A DNA stretch of 64,000 nucleotides from Dehalococcoidia bacterium (GTDB lineage Bacteria; Chloroflexota; Dehalococcoidia; UBA6926), in contig CAXXET010000007.1 in the NCBI GenBank assembly GCA_963666115.2, positions 1 through 64,000 on the forward strand, written 5' to 3'. Shown here in pieces: positions 46,598 to 55,866 of the stretch. How positions within the stretch are numbered: position 1 is the stretch's first letter; every line of letters begins with the position of its first letter. The notes beneath the pieces were generated by a model that saw nothing but the letters and a program-made list of their open reading frames with translations, ran no database searches and was not told where the DNA came from. Made by a program: the position numbers and the translations under genes.

Positions 46598-49186
46598 ATG
46601 ACAACAAACATTGACGGACGGTTCACCCTTCTGCCACGGTCGGTTAGGCCGTCGCACTACAAGCTGGAACTGACGCCGGACCTGGAAAATGCCGCATTTA
46701 CGGGGTCCGCGTCCATCGACGTGCTTGTGACGGAAATCACACAGCAGGTCGTCCTAAACGCCACCGAACTCGAATTAGGCTCCGCAGCGTTCACCCCGCG
46801 CGGCGGAGAGACCTCGGAATCAACTGGCATCATATATGACGAGGACAGCGAGACTGCCACGATCAGTTTTGCGGAGGCGCTGCCCGTCGGTACGGGGACG
46901 CTTGAGATTTCTTTCACAGGGACGCTGAACGATCAACTGCACGGGTTTTACCTGAGCACGTTCCGCGACAAGGACGGCGTCGAGCGGCGGATGGCGGCAA
47001 CGCAGTTCGAGGCGTCGGACGCGCGGCGATGCTTCCCCTGCTGGGACGAGCCGGCAATCAAGGCGACGTTCCAGGTTGACCTGATCGTTCCCGAGGGGTT
47101 TTCGGCGATTTCAAACACGCTGGAGTCCGCGCCGGAGCCGGTGGACGGCGGCAGGCAGCGGGTCAGCTTCCCGACCACACCGATCATGTCCACCTACCTG
47201 CTCGCGTTCATCGTGGGGGAGATGGAGTATATCGAGGCGCGGTCGGCCAACGGCACGCTCCACCGCGTGTGGGCGACCGTGGGGCAGGCGGAGCTGGGGC
47301 GGTTCGCGCTGGAAACGTCGGTGCGCGTGCTGGACTACTACAACGACTACTTCGGCGTGGATTACCCGCTGGAGAAGCTGGACCACATTGCGCTGGCGGA
47401 CTTCGCCGCGGGGGCGATGGAGAACTGGGGGGCGGTGACGTACCGCGAGGTGGCGCTGCTCTTCGATCCGGCGAGTTCGTCGCCCGGCACACGGCAGCGC
47501 ATCGTGGAGATCGTCGCGCACGAGATGGCACATATGTGGTTCGGCGACCTCGTGACGATGGCGTGGTGGAACGATCTGTGGCTGAACGAGAGTTTCGCGT
47601 CGTGGATGGCGGCAAAGGCTGCCGACACGCTCTTCCCGGACTGGGCGATCTGGACGCAGTTCATCGCCACGGACGTCGCGCCCGGCATGAGCCTGGACGG
47701 GCTGGAGAACTCGCACCCCATCGAGTCCGAGGTGCGGAATCCGAACGAGGTCAGCCAGCTCTTCGACGCGATCAGCTACGAGAAGGGCGCGTCCATTATG
47801 CGGATGCTGGAGCAGCACATTGGCCCCGAGTCTTTCCGCAGCGGGCTGAACGACTACATGGCCGCGTTCGCCTATTCCAACGCGGAGGGCGCAGACCTGT
47901 GGCGGGCGATGGCCGATGCCTCCGGCCAGGACATCGTGGGCATGATGGACTCCTGGATCAAGCAGGTTGGCTATCCCGTCGTGACGGCGGAGACGACCCG
48001 CAGCGACGCGGGCGCGACCGTCTCGCTGACACAGCGCCGGTTCCTCTACTCAGGGCCGAGCGACGATGAGACCCTATGGCACGTGCCCGCGCGCGTCACG
48101 ACGCAGGGAAGCGCGGATGAGGCGCGGGCCCTGTTCACGGGGCGGACGGAATCCATCGACGTTCCGGCGGCAACGGCAGACGGCTGGATCAAGGTGAACG
48201 CCGGCGGCACGGGGTTCTATCGCGTCGGCTATCAGCAGGATGAGCTGGACCGGCTGATCGCGGCGGTGCGGACGGGCGAACTGTCCGCGCCGGACCGCCT
48301 GACGCTGCTGGAGGACACGTACGCGCTGTCCCGCGCCCGCCATATCCCGGCCCGCAACTACCTCGAACTCGCGCAGGCATACGCGGACGATGAGGACTAC
48401 AGCATCTGGGCGGCGATGGCATCCCAGCTCGGCGCAATCGAGGCGCTGTCACGCAACGAGCCGTACCTGGAACGCTACCAGGAGTTCGCCCGCGGGCTGA
48501 CTCAAACAGTCGCCGGCAAGGTCGGTTGGGACCAGCCAGAGAATGAGGCGCATCTGCGGACGCTGCTCCGGGCAGTCGCGCTGAGCGCGGCGGGCGGCTT
48601 CGGCGATGAGGCAGTGCTGTCGGAGGCGGCGGCGCGGTTCGGGCGGTTCCTGGAGGATGAGTCATCGCTGCGGCCGGACCTGCGCGCGGTGGTGTACAAC
48701 CTGACGGCGGAGCAGGGCGACGATGAGATGTTCGAGACGATGGCGCGGCTGGAGCGGGAGTTCGACCTGCAGGAGGAGAAGGTGCGGATGCAGATGGCGC
48801 TGACGCAGTTCAGCCGGCCGGAGCTCCTGGAGCGGGCGCTCGCGATGTCCGTCGACCAGGAGCAGATACGGGTGCAGGACGCGCCGCGCATCCTGATGGG
48901 CGTGGGCGGCAACCTCCGGGGCCTGAGCCTGGCGTGGGAGTTCATGAAGAGCAACTGGCCGGAGATCGAGCGACGCTACGCGGGGGGCGGATTCGCCATC
49001 ATGCGGCTAGTCTCCATCACAGGCGCATTCGCCACGGAGGAAGCAGCCCAGGAAGTCCGCGACTTCTTCGATGCCCACCCCACCCCGTCCGCCACACGCG
49101 CCATCCAGCAATCCCTGGAGCGCATAGAACTAAACCGCCTCTGGCTGGAACGCAACCGCACAGAGTTGGCCAAGTGGCTGGGGTAG
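46598..49186 (+). CDS. pepN: M1 family aminopeptidase (aminopeptidase N / puromycin-sensitive-like)
   Basis: GAMENWG, HEMAH-x18-E, YEKG, ERAP1-like C-terminal domain. Confidence 0.93.
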   Translation: MTTNIDGRFTLLPRSVRPSHYKLELTPDLENAAFTGSASIDVLVTEITQQVVLNATELELGSAAFTPRGGETSESTGIIYDEDSETATISFAEALPVGTGTLEISFTGTLNDQLHGFYLSTFRDKDGVERRMAATQFEASDARRCFPCWDEPAIKATFQVDLIVPEGFSAISNTLESAPEPVDGGRQRVSFPTTPIMSTYLLAFIVGEMEYIEARSANGTLHRVWATVGQAELGRFALETSVRVLDYYNDYFGVDYPLEKLDHIALADFAAGAMENWGAVTYREVALLFDPASSSPGTRQRIVEIVAHEMAHMWFGDLVTMAWWNDLWLNESFASWMAAKAADTLFPDWAIWTQFIATDVAPGMSLDGLENSHPIESEVRNPNEVSQLFDAISYEKGASIMRMLEQHIGPESFRSGLNDYMAAFAYSNAEGADLWRAMADASGQDIVGMMDSWIKQVGYPVVTAETTRSDAGATVSLTQRRFLYSGPSDDETLWHVPARVTTQGSADEARALFTGRTESIDVPAATADGWIKVNAGGTGFYRVGYQQDELDRLIAAVRTGELSAPDRLTLLEDTYALSRARHIPARNYLELAQAYADDEDYSIWAAMASQLGAIEALSRNEPYLERYQEFARGLTQTVAGKVGWDQPENEAHLRTLLRAVALSAAGGFGDEAVLSEAAARFGRFLEDESSLRPDLRAVVYNLTAEQGDDEMFETMARLEREFDLQEEKVRMQMALTQFSRPELLERALAMSVDQEQIRVQDAPRILMGVGGNLRGLSLAWEFMKSNWPEIERRYAGGGFAIMRLVSITGAFATEEAAQEVRDFFDAHPTPSATRAIQQSLERIELNRLWLERNRTELAKWLG

Positions 49187-49191
49187 GCCGG

Positions 49192-49347
49192 CTATTTGCT
49201 GGGCTTTGGAGCCGTGGACTGACGTCCTGGAGGCTTGCCCGTCAGCGGAGGAGGCGGGGGGAATTTCTTGGGGCTGGTCGTCTTCGTACCGGGCAAGGCC
49301 GTTGCCGCGTCCTTGCCCTTGTTACCTGACCCAGTTTGCTTAGCCAT
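49192..49347 (-). CDS. 51-aa Lys/Pro/Gly-rich small protein
   Basis: MAKQTGSGNKGK...PKPSK; GAGG upstream; fills the gap after 49381. Confidence 0.45.
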   Translation of the reverse strand: MAKQTGSGNKGKDAATALPGTKTTSPKKFPPPPPLTGKPPGRQSTAPKPSK

Positions 49348-49380
49348 CACGTCTTGCCTCGCCGTCCGTCTGGCGTTCAC

Positions 49381-50040
49381 TTAAGCCTGCTCTCCAACAT
49401 CATACATGGTCGTTGCTGCCCAGCCCTCTCCGGCTCCGGTATCCCTTTCTCTGTGCTCGTTGTAGAAATACGTGTAGAGGAGCACAGTCTGGCTCTCCCA
49501 GCCTTCAATGACGAACTCGAATGTCTCCGCATGCTGCTCCCCGGGTTCGACTATTAGCTCCTTGTCACCCCACACACGATTTGTCCTCGCGATGGTACGC
49601 CACTGATAACTGGGATCATCCTCGTTATCCAACCCTCCGCTATAGATAGCCTCCGCTTCCTCATCAGAAATTGGAGCAACTTCCTGGATGATTGCCAAGC
49701 CTCGCCGCAACTCCACGTGGACCCTAGAGCTATTCTTCAGGATTACCGTAACCTCAATGTGGACATAACTGTCGCTCAACTGGCGGTGGCTAACCTTGTG
49801 GGCGATGGTCAGATGGGGTTGAAACGTCCTGAAAATCTGGAATCGCCTGTCCGCTACGTATGCGCCTGCCCCTATCGCAACAGCAGCAACGATACCCTGA
49901 ACAAAGAGCGCGTAATCCCGCAGCCTTTCCCCGTAGGGATAAATGTCCTCCGACACAAGAGTAGCCAGGAAGACCAGCAAACCCAAGGCTGTTATCGACA
50001 GCGCGATAAACAGTGCTGCTCTGAAGCGGAGAGTATTCAC
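49381..50040 (-). CDS. Hypothetical membrane protein (2 TM segments + beta-rich domain)
   Basis: 219 aa, lower GC than the flanks, two hydrophobic helices. Confidence 0.7.
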   Translation of the reverse strand: MNTLRFRAALFIALSITALGLLVFLATLVSEDIYPYGERLRDYALFVQGIVAAVAIGAGAYVADRRFQIFRTFQPHLTIAHKVSHRQLSDSYVHIEVTVILKNSSRVHVELRRGLAIIQEVAPISDEEAEAIYSGGLDNEDDPSYQWRTIARTNRVWGDKELIVEPGEQHAETFEFVIEGWESQTVLLYTYFYNEHRERDTGAGEGWAATTMYDVGEQA

Positions 50041-50052
50041 AGTCTGTGCCTC

Positions 50053-50214
50053 TTACACCATTCGTTGGGGGCGGCGGTGGCGGGGGGCGCGGGGGAAGGT
50101 GGTATCTCTGACCTCCCAATCTTTGCTAGCAAGGTCAGCCATATAGTCGCCTAGAGTGCCAGAGTAGCCCCGACGCTCACGGGCCGCATCCAGGATTTCC
50201 TTCATTGTTTCCAT
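50053..50214 (-). CDS. Short hypothetical protein
   Basis: 53 aa, AAGGA upstream, stop 12 nt before the next start. Confidence 0.35.
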   Translation of the reverse strand: METMKEILDAARERRGYSGTLGDYMADLASKDWEVRDTTFPRAPRHRRPQRMV

Positions 50215-50386
50215 TTCCGAAGTGTCCTTTCGCCCCAGTGATTGCGTGGCCAACACAGGTGTGCCGTTTGTCTCTCAACGGTGTCTGTCACGCGCCTTTT
50301 GAGCAGAATAGCACATTCGTGCGCATTGCGCCAGAGAGCCCAACTGCGCAATGGAGAAGGGGGCAGTTGGCGCAATCGGCTGTTGT

Positions 50387-50535
50387 ATTCTTCGCTGCGC
50401 TCAGAATGACGGTTCGAGGACGTTACTGGGTTTGGCTGCACTCCAAGTTGTAGATTCCCGCGTGCGCGGGAATGACGGGTGAGTGCGGGCGGGTATGCGG
50501 TGGGGGTTCACCCTTCGACTGGGCTCAGGGTGAAC
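50387..50535. repeat. Cluster of three different REP/dRS3-like palindromic elements
   Basis: ATTCTTCGCTGCGCTCAGAATGAC (50387-50410); ATTCCC-GCGTGCGC-GGGAATGAC (50454-50476); GTTCACCCT-TCGACTGGGCTC-AGGGTGAAC (50506-50535). Confidence 0.75.
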
Positions 50536-50565
50536 GGGAGGGGTGGGTCTGGCTGAGCGGCCGGC

Positions 50566-50802
50566 TTAGGGTGGGGAGGTATAGATGCGCCGGGTGGGTT
50601 CGGCGGCGAAGGCGAAGCAGGCGAGGAGGTCCAGGCGGGTGAGTTGGGGGTAGCGCTCATAGAGTTGTTCCTCGGATTTCCTTTCGGCCAGAAACTCCAA
50701 GACATCGTGGAGGGTGATGTTCTTGCCGATGAGCACAGGCTGTGGATGCCCGTCTACTTTCTCGATAGCTATGTAGTCCCAGTAGTTGTCAGCTTCGCCC
50801 AT
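50566..50802 (-). CDS. DUF433 family protein (divergent putative antitoxin)
   Basis: P...G.NIT..DVLE.LA...SEEQL..RYP.LT..D..AC..FAA. Confidence 0.75.
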   Translation of the reverse strand: MGEADNYWDYIAIEKVDGHPQPVLIGKNITLHDVLEFLAERKSEEQLYERYPQLTRLDLLACFAFAAEPTRRIYTSPP

Positions 50803-50817
50803 AACGTCGGTCTAACT

Positions 50818-50925
50818 TTAGTGGCCCGCTCGGCCCATTAGGTGAAGGTGGGAGGAGTCCGGATACAACTCTCTCAGAAGATACACCAGGTCAGGCGACA
50901 GATTTTGATCGAACAGGAGTCGCGC
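50818..50925 (-). pseudogene. Truncated DUF5615 PIN-like toxin relic
   Basis: GCG in place of a start codon, then RLLFDQNLSPDLVYLLRELYPDSSHLHLMGRAGH*; overlaps the DUF433 3' end. Confidence 0.72.
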
Positions 50926-51157
50926 TTGGCCAATCCCACATGGTTCGCTTGCCTACACGCGCTGCGAAATCACAGCAGGCGCTGATGTCATCACGCGTCA
51001 GGTACGGGAAATCGCCCAGAACCTCTTCGATGGTCATGCCGCCTGCGAGGTACTCAAACACGTCGTAGACGGTCAGCCGCATTTTGCGGATGCACGGCTG
51101 GCCGCTGCGCTTGCCCGGCTCAAACGTGATGTAGTCTTCGTATTTGACGGCGCCCAT
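50891..51157 (-). CDS. DUF433 family protein (putative antitoxin)
   Basis: ITFEPGKRSGQPCIRKMRLTVYDV.EYLAGGMT.EE.L.DFPYLT..DI.AC; RBS GGAGGAG. Confidence 0.9.
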   Translation of the reverse strand: MGAVKYEDYITFEPGKRSGQPCIRKMRLTVYDVFEYLAGGMTIEEVLGDFPYLTRDDISACCDFAARVGKRTMWDWPSATPVRSKSVA

Positions 51158-51214
51158 GATGCTCCTCCGAATACTATCCCCATTGTACCCGCATTGGAGA
51201 AGTGCCGGGGAGTA

Positions 51215-51679
51215 TCAGGGGGTAGTGGCCCAGCGGGCCAGGGCCTTGTCCAGCGAGGTTATTTCGGTGACTGAGGTGTAGTAGTAGTCCTGCCAGCCTT
51301 TTTCAGGCAGGCCGGTGAAGAGCATCAGGTTGAGCGGGTAGTTCTCGCTGTCCGTGGCGCGGCGGAAATCGTCCCGGAACAGGAACGTCGGCTTCTTGAG
51401 CGCGATGGCCATTCCGAGTTCGACCATGACGCCCTCGTCCGGGGGGACGCCGTTGACGATGGCGAATGTGGCATCGCTCTCGACGACGTCCTCGTAGTCC
51501 TTTTGCCCCACCTGGTAGGCCCATCCCTCCTGGGTGACGTCGACCTGGTTATTCCGCGCGAAGGGCTCCCAGACCTCCAGCCCCAATTCTTGCAGGGCAG
51601 CGATTATCGGCGGCAGCAGCAGGGCGCGCTGCTGCTCAGAAAAACCGTAGGGATTTGCCAGGTAGATCGTCTTCGCCAT
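51215..51679 (-). CDS. Nucleoside 2-deoxyribosyltransferase family protein
   Basis: IYLANPYGFS, PDEGVMVELGMAIAL.KP, NLM. Confidence 0.88.
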   Translation of the reverse strand: MAKTIYLANPYGFSEQQRALLLPPIIAALQELGLEVWEPFARNNQVDVTQEGWAYQVGQKDYEDVVESDATFAIVNGVPPDEGVMVELGMAIALKKPTFLFRDDFRRATDSENYPLNLMLFTGLPEKGWQDYYYTSVTEITSLDKALARWATTP

Positions 51680-51688
51680 GGCGGGGGC

Positions 51689-52864
51689 TTATCGTCTGAG
51701 CGGTTGGCGGGCGCGGTAGGTTCCGACGCGCCAGAGCCATTCCATAGGGCCGAATCGGTATCGGGCCAGCCACGCGGGCGACCACCACAGCTGGATCAGC
51801 CAGACGCCCAGCACGAAGACAAGGACCGTCGCGCGGCCTATCTCGACATCGGCGAGCAGCCAAGTCAGGACCAGGACGCCGAGGACGGTCTGCGAGAGGT
51901 AGTTGGTCAGGGCCATGCGGCCGACGGCGATGAATCGGTCCTTGAGCCACATCAGCCCGCTCGTCCGCTGCCACAGAATGATGAGGCTCATGTACCCAAG
52001 CGAGGCGGGGATGGTGCCGAACGTGTTGGGAATCTCGCCGATGAACGAAACCTCGCGGCCATAGTCGGCCGCATGCGTGATGACGACGCCAACCGTGGCA
52101 AGCGACAACCCGACGGCAAGTCCGCCAATCGCCATCCTCCGGTAGAACCGATCGGAGAGGGCGCCCTGCATGAACCCCGTCCGGTACAGCCCGGCGCCTG
52201 CGAGAATCAGGCCGAGCGCGCGCATGAAGTAGGCGAAGACTACCAGGCCGGAAATGGCGTCATAGTCGTTCCCCGATGGCGTAACTCCGGCCTCGGGCTG
52301 TGTCCAGATGCCGGCGAGCGACACGTCCGTCGTGTCGACCCAGCCCTGGAGCATGAGGGACGGGATCACGGATGCCAGATAGATGATCACGCCGAGCACG
52401 ACCATGGCGCGGGACGGCAGCTTTCTGAGCAGCAGGAGGACGAATGCGGAGAGCGCATACGCCGTTAGGACATCCCCCTCCCAGATGAACATGTGAATGA
52501 TGCCCATGACGAGCAGCAGGATATTGCGCCACGCGTTCAGCAGGGTTGGGCGCTTTTCACGCCGCGCCACCCGTTCGATGAACAGGAAGATGCCCGCGCC
52601 AAACAGCAGCGAGAAGATGCCCATGAACTTCTGGTCGACCAGTATCTCACCGAGGATGGCGACGGCCATGTCGAGGCCGGTATCAGAGCCTCCCGCGCTG
52701 ATGTTGCGATACGGCACCATGCCGTAGGCAAAGGAGACGGCGTTCATCAGCAGGATCCCGAGGACGGCGACGCCGCGAATCAGGTCGAGGCTGAGGATGC
52801 GGTCCGATTCCGCGACGGGGCCGCGCGCGGCAGCGGGTTGGTCACTCACGGGTTGGTCACTCAT
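51689..52864 (-). CDS. DUF418 (YeiB-like) membrane protein
   Basis: RILSLDLIRGVAVLGILLMN, FSLLFGAG, GRMALTNYLSQ, FGPMEWLWR. Confidence 0.92.
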   Translation of the reverse strand: MSDQPVSDQPAAARGPVAESDRILSLDLIRGVAVLGILLMNAVSFAYGMVPYRNISAGGSDTGLDMAVAILGEILVDQKFMGIFSLLFGAGIFLFIERVARREKRPTLLNAWRNILLLVMGIIHMFIWEGDVLTAYALSAFVLLLLRKLPSRAMVVLGVIIYLASVIPSLMLQGWVDTTDVSLAGIWTQPEAGVTPSGNDYDAISGLVVFAYFMRALGLILAGAGLYRTGFMQGALSDRFYRRMAIGGLAVGLSLATVGVVITHAADYGREVSFIGEIPNTFGTIPASLGYMSLIILWQRTSGLMWLKDRFIAVGRMALTNYLSQTVLGVLVLTWLLADVEIGRATVLVFVLGVWLIQLWWSPAWLARYRFGPMEWLWRVGTYRARQPLRR

Positions 52865-52873
52865 GGGCAAAGG

Positions 52874-54307
52874 CTAGTGGGCGTAGATGGCGAGGCGGCC
52901 CTTGGCGAGGGAATCGCCGACGTGTTCCTTGATGGTTTGGAGCATATCGAAATCATCTTCGCCGACAAAGGTGACGGCCTTGCCTGCGTTGCCGATGCGG
53001 CCCGTGCGGCCGATGCGGTGGATGTATTCCTCTAGGTTGCCGGGCATATCGTAGTTGATGACGTGGGAGATTTCGGGAATGTCCAGCCCCGCGCGACGCG
53101 ACGTTCGTAGCGACCAGCACCTTGAGTTCGCCGGAGCGAAACGCGCGCGCATGACGGCCTCGCGCTGGTTCTGCCTCATGCCGCCGTGGATTGGCTCAAC
53201 GCGAATCCGCGCGCGTTGGAGACGCCGCGACAACCGATCCACGCCGACCTGTGTCCGGCAAAAGATCAGCGTCTTTTCACCCTCAAGGTCGGTGCGGAGA
53301 ACCTCTTCCAGGCCGGCCAGCTTGTCCTCAGAGGCCACCTCATAGTAGATCTGCTCGATCGTGTCGGCAGCCTCGGACTCTTCGCCGATGCCGATGTGAA
53401 TGGGGTCGCGCAGGAATCGCTCGATCATGCGCCGGATGAAGAACGGGACGGTGGCGGAAAACAGCGCTGTCTGGCGTGAGCGCGGGGTGGCGCGGAGGAT
53501 GCGGATCATGTCCTCGGCAAAGCCGATATCCAGCATCTGGTCGGCCTCATCGAGGATAGCGATGCGGACGTTGTTCAGCTTGAGCGTGCCGCGCTGCATG
53601 TGGTCCTGGACGCGGCCGGGGGTGCCGACGATGATCTGCGGGGTTTCGCGGAGGGCCTTCAACTGCACGTCGATCTTCTGGCCGCCGTAGAGCGTGACGA
53701 CCTTGATGCCGCGATGCTTTCGCGAGGCGGCGCAGTTCACCGGTCACCTGCACTGCGAGTTCCCGTGTCGGCGCCAGCACGATGCCCTGCACCTCGCGGC
53801 GCGTCGGGTCAAGCAGCTCAATCATCGGGATGCCGAACGCGGTTGTCTTGCCGGTGCCCGTCTGGGGCGCGCCCGACGACGTCCCTGCCCTCAAACATGA
53901 CGGGGATGGCCTCCACCTGGATGGGCGTGGGGTTCTCGTAGCCCATGTCATCGAGCGCCCGTCGAATCGGCTCGGACACAGCGACTGTCCCGAAGGTCTT
54001 GTCACGCTCGAACGGGCCCCGCTTGCACCTCAATGCGCGGGGCGGGCTTTCGCCGGCGGGCGGGGGGATCACTCGCACCATTCACGGACTGTTGCTCAGT
54101 TCGACGATCTGCCGGCGTGGGCTTGTCCTTGCGGCGGCGTCGAGGCCGCCTGCGCGAGGGGGCGCCGTCAGGATGCTCTATCGTCCGGGTTTCTTGTGGC
54201 GCCGGCGGCGCGGCGGAGATGTCCGGTCTGGTGGGAGGCGGGAGGGTAACGGTGGAAGCCGTTGAGGAGGTGGAGGCCGTCGAGCGGCCTAGCAGTTTTC
54301 GAAGCAC
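52874..54307 (-). pseudogene. DEAD-box RNA helicase split by five small insertions (pseudogene or assembly error)
   Basis: Q motif PTPIQ, QTGTGKT, PTRELA, TPGR, DEAD, SAT and HRIGRTGR are spread over several ORF-track segments. Confidence 0.85.
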
Positions 54308-54316
54308 AAAATCTCC

Positions 54317-55090
54317 TTATTCACACGCCTGGTCAAGTCCAGGCAGGTTGCGCTGTCCAGCCAAATAGTAAGCCTGCTGACACTCCTCGTCGGAAGCAAA
54401 GCAAACAAGCGCGAAATACCAGTTCTCACTTGTAGTGCCATCATCTTGGTGATACTTGCCAGTAAGCTCGTAGGCAGCAAATGGGAGTATGTCGGCAAGC
54501 GCCGCTGGCGGGGAGAGTGGGGCTATCCATTCGGTGCTGATGTCGATAATCCCAGGATTCGGCAGAGCGCCGCTCTGCCGTGTGAAGGTACCCAGATCAT
54601 CACCCTGTCGGTAACATTCATCCTTCCAGAAGCCACGGCGGAGAGTCGCCTCACGAGCGTGCCAACTGAATTCCACGTCAACCCTTCCATCGGGAAATGG
54701 ATTTCGCCACCCCCCCCCAAAATCTGGTAGGAAGAGGTGATCGCCAGGACGAACAAAGCCCGCGCCATTTGCAAAGCCCCAAGGCTCAAAATTTAACCAT
54801 TGCCAAGCCGTAGCGGTTGGGATAGGCGTTGCTGTTACGACGATCACTTGAGGGGTCGGAACGGGTGCTGGCGTCGCCGCTACGATGATCACTTGAGGGG
54901 TTGGCGTGGAGGCTGGCGTCGCCGTGATTACAATGACGTTCGGCGTAGGCGTCGGGGCCGCCTCACTGGGCATTGGTGTGCTCACCGGCGCGGCAATATC
55001 CGTTGGAATAGCGTCGACACGCGTACACGCCATGGCAAGAATGGCCGCCGTGGCAGATAAGCCGACGAACATAACCGATGTTCGCATCAC
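54317..55090 (-). CDS. Lipoprotein with a repeated PTPQVIxVxATP linker
   Basis: LAMAC lipobox, three near-identical linker repeats, lower-GC C-terminal domain. Confidence 0.7.
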   Translation of the reverse strand: MMRTSVMFVGLSATAAILAMACTRVDAIPTDIAAPVSTPMPSEAAPTPTPNVIVITATPASTPTPQVIIVAATPAPVPTPQVIVVTATPIPTATAWQWLNFEPWGFANGAGFVRPGDHLFLPDFGGGWRNPFPDGRVDVEFSWHAREATLRRGFWKDECYRQGDDLGTFTRQSGALPNPGIIDISTEWIAPLSPPAALADILPFAAYELTGKYHQDDGTTSENWYFALVCFASDEECQQAYYLAGQRNLPGLDQACE

Positions 55091-55176
55091 TCCCTCAGCA
55101 GCCCCGGGCCCACACCTCGTGCCCAGACAGACTCCGCCGATGCCATTGACACCAAGCCATGTTTTCTTGGCTGCGC

Positions 55177-55530
55177 CTAAAATCGGTTGGCACTGTGGTT
55201 CCTGAAGCAGTCTGAGCAGTAGACGGGCCGGTCGCCGCGCGGCTGAAAGGGCACCTCCGCCTGCTTGCCGCAGTCTGCGCAGATGACGGAATACATGCGG
55301 CGCTCCCGCCTTTCAAAGTTGCCGGCGGGCACCTGCCCCGAGGTTGGCCCGCCCGATGTGTACGTGCCGCCGACGTAGCCGCCCTCGCGGTCGCGCTTGC
55401 GGGCCGCGCGGCACTCCGGGCATCGGGTCGGCTCTCGTGTGAATCCCTTGCTGGCGTAAAACTCCTGCTCGCCTGCCGTGAAGACAAATTCCGTCGAGCA
55501 GTCACGACACGTGAGTGTCTTATCGGCCAT
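55177..55530 (-). CDS. Double zinc-ribbon (CxxC-x17-CxxC) protein
   Basis: DKTLTCRDC..EFVFTAGEQEFY..KGF..EP.RC..CR and C..CG..A.VPF.P.GDRPVYCSDCF; RBS AAGGAG. Confidence 0.9.
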   Translation of the reverse strand: MADKTLTCRDCSTEFVFTAGEQEFYASKGFTREPTRCPECRAARKRDREGGYVGGTYTSGGPTSGQVPAGNFERRERRMYSVICADCGKQAEVPFQPRGDRPVYCSDCFRNHSANRF

Positions 55531-55739
55531 CGTCATCCCGTCTGTCTCCTTCTGCGCTGTCCTGTCCGACGACCACGATTCGCGCGTGATCACCAGTCGG
55601 GGCCTCTCGCCCATGGGACTTGCCGTAAAGGCTGCCCCGACATTCAGCGCCCAAGGATGCTGCGGCGTTCTCCGGCCGACTACGTGGTTGGTGCAAGCGA
55701 TTGTGCGGTCGATAGTGTCCAAACACACCTGTCAGGTGA

Positions 55740-55748
55740 ATTATAGCA
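55740..55748 (-). promoter_or_regulatory. Extended -10 promoter element for the zinc-ribbon gene
   Basis: TGCTATAAT about 210 nt upstream of the start codon. Confidence 0.5.
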
Positions 55749-55866
55749 GATTGAGACAGCGGCTATTCGCGCGGGCGTCGTGGGGGGGGGCTGTCTTGCC
55801 CGCGCGGGCGTCATTCACTAAGCTTGACGGCGAGGCACGGCGCGTTGACGCGGGAGGGGGCACGCA

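Noticed and set aside
50387-50535. Possible CRISPR array
   Set aside because: The three palindromes differ from one another, spacing is irregular and no cas genes are present.
48600-51300. Local flips in G versus C skew around the islet (C/A-rich pepN end, G-rich DUF433 side)
   Set aside because: Similar swings occur in ordinary genes elsewhere in the window; significance cannot be judged without computation.
52874-54307. Programmed frameshifting in the helicase
   Set aside because: Five separate sites with no canonical slippery heptamers; error or decay is simpler.
55765-55812. G9 tract between two CGCGCGGGCGTC copies in a divergent promoter region
   Set aside because: Could be chance in high-GC DNA or homopolymer error; nothing here shows length variation.
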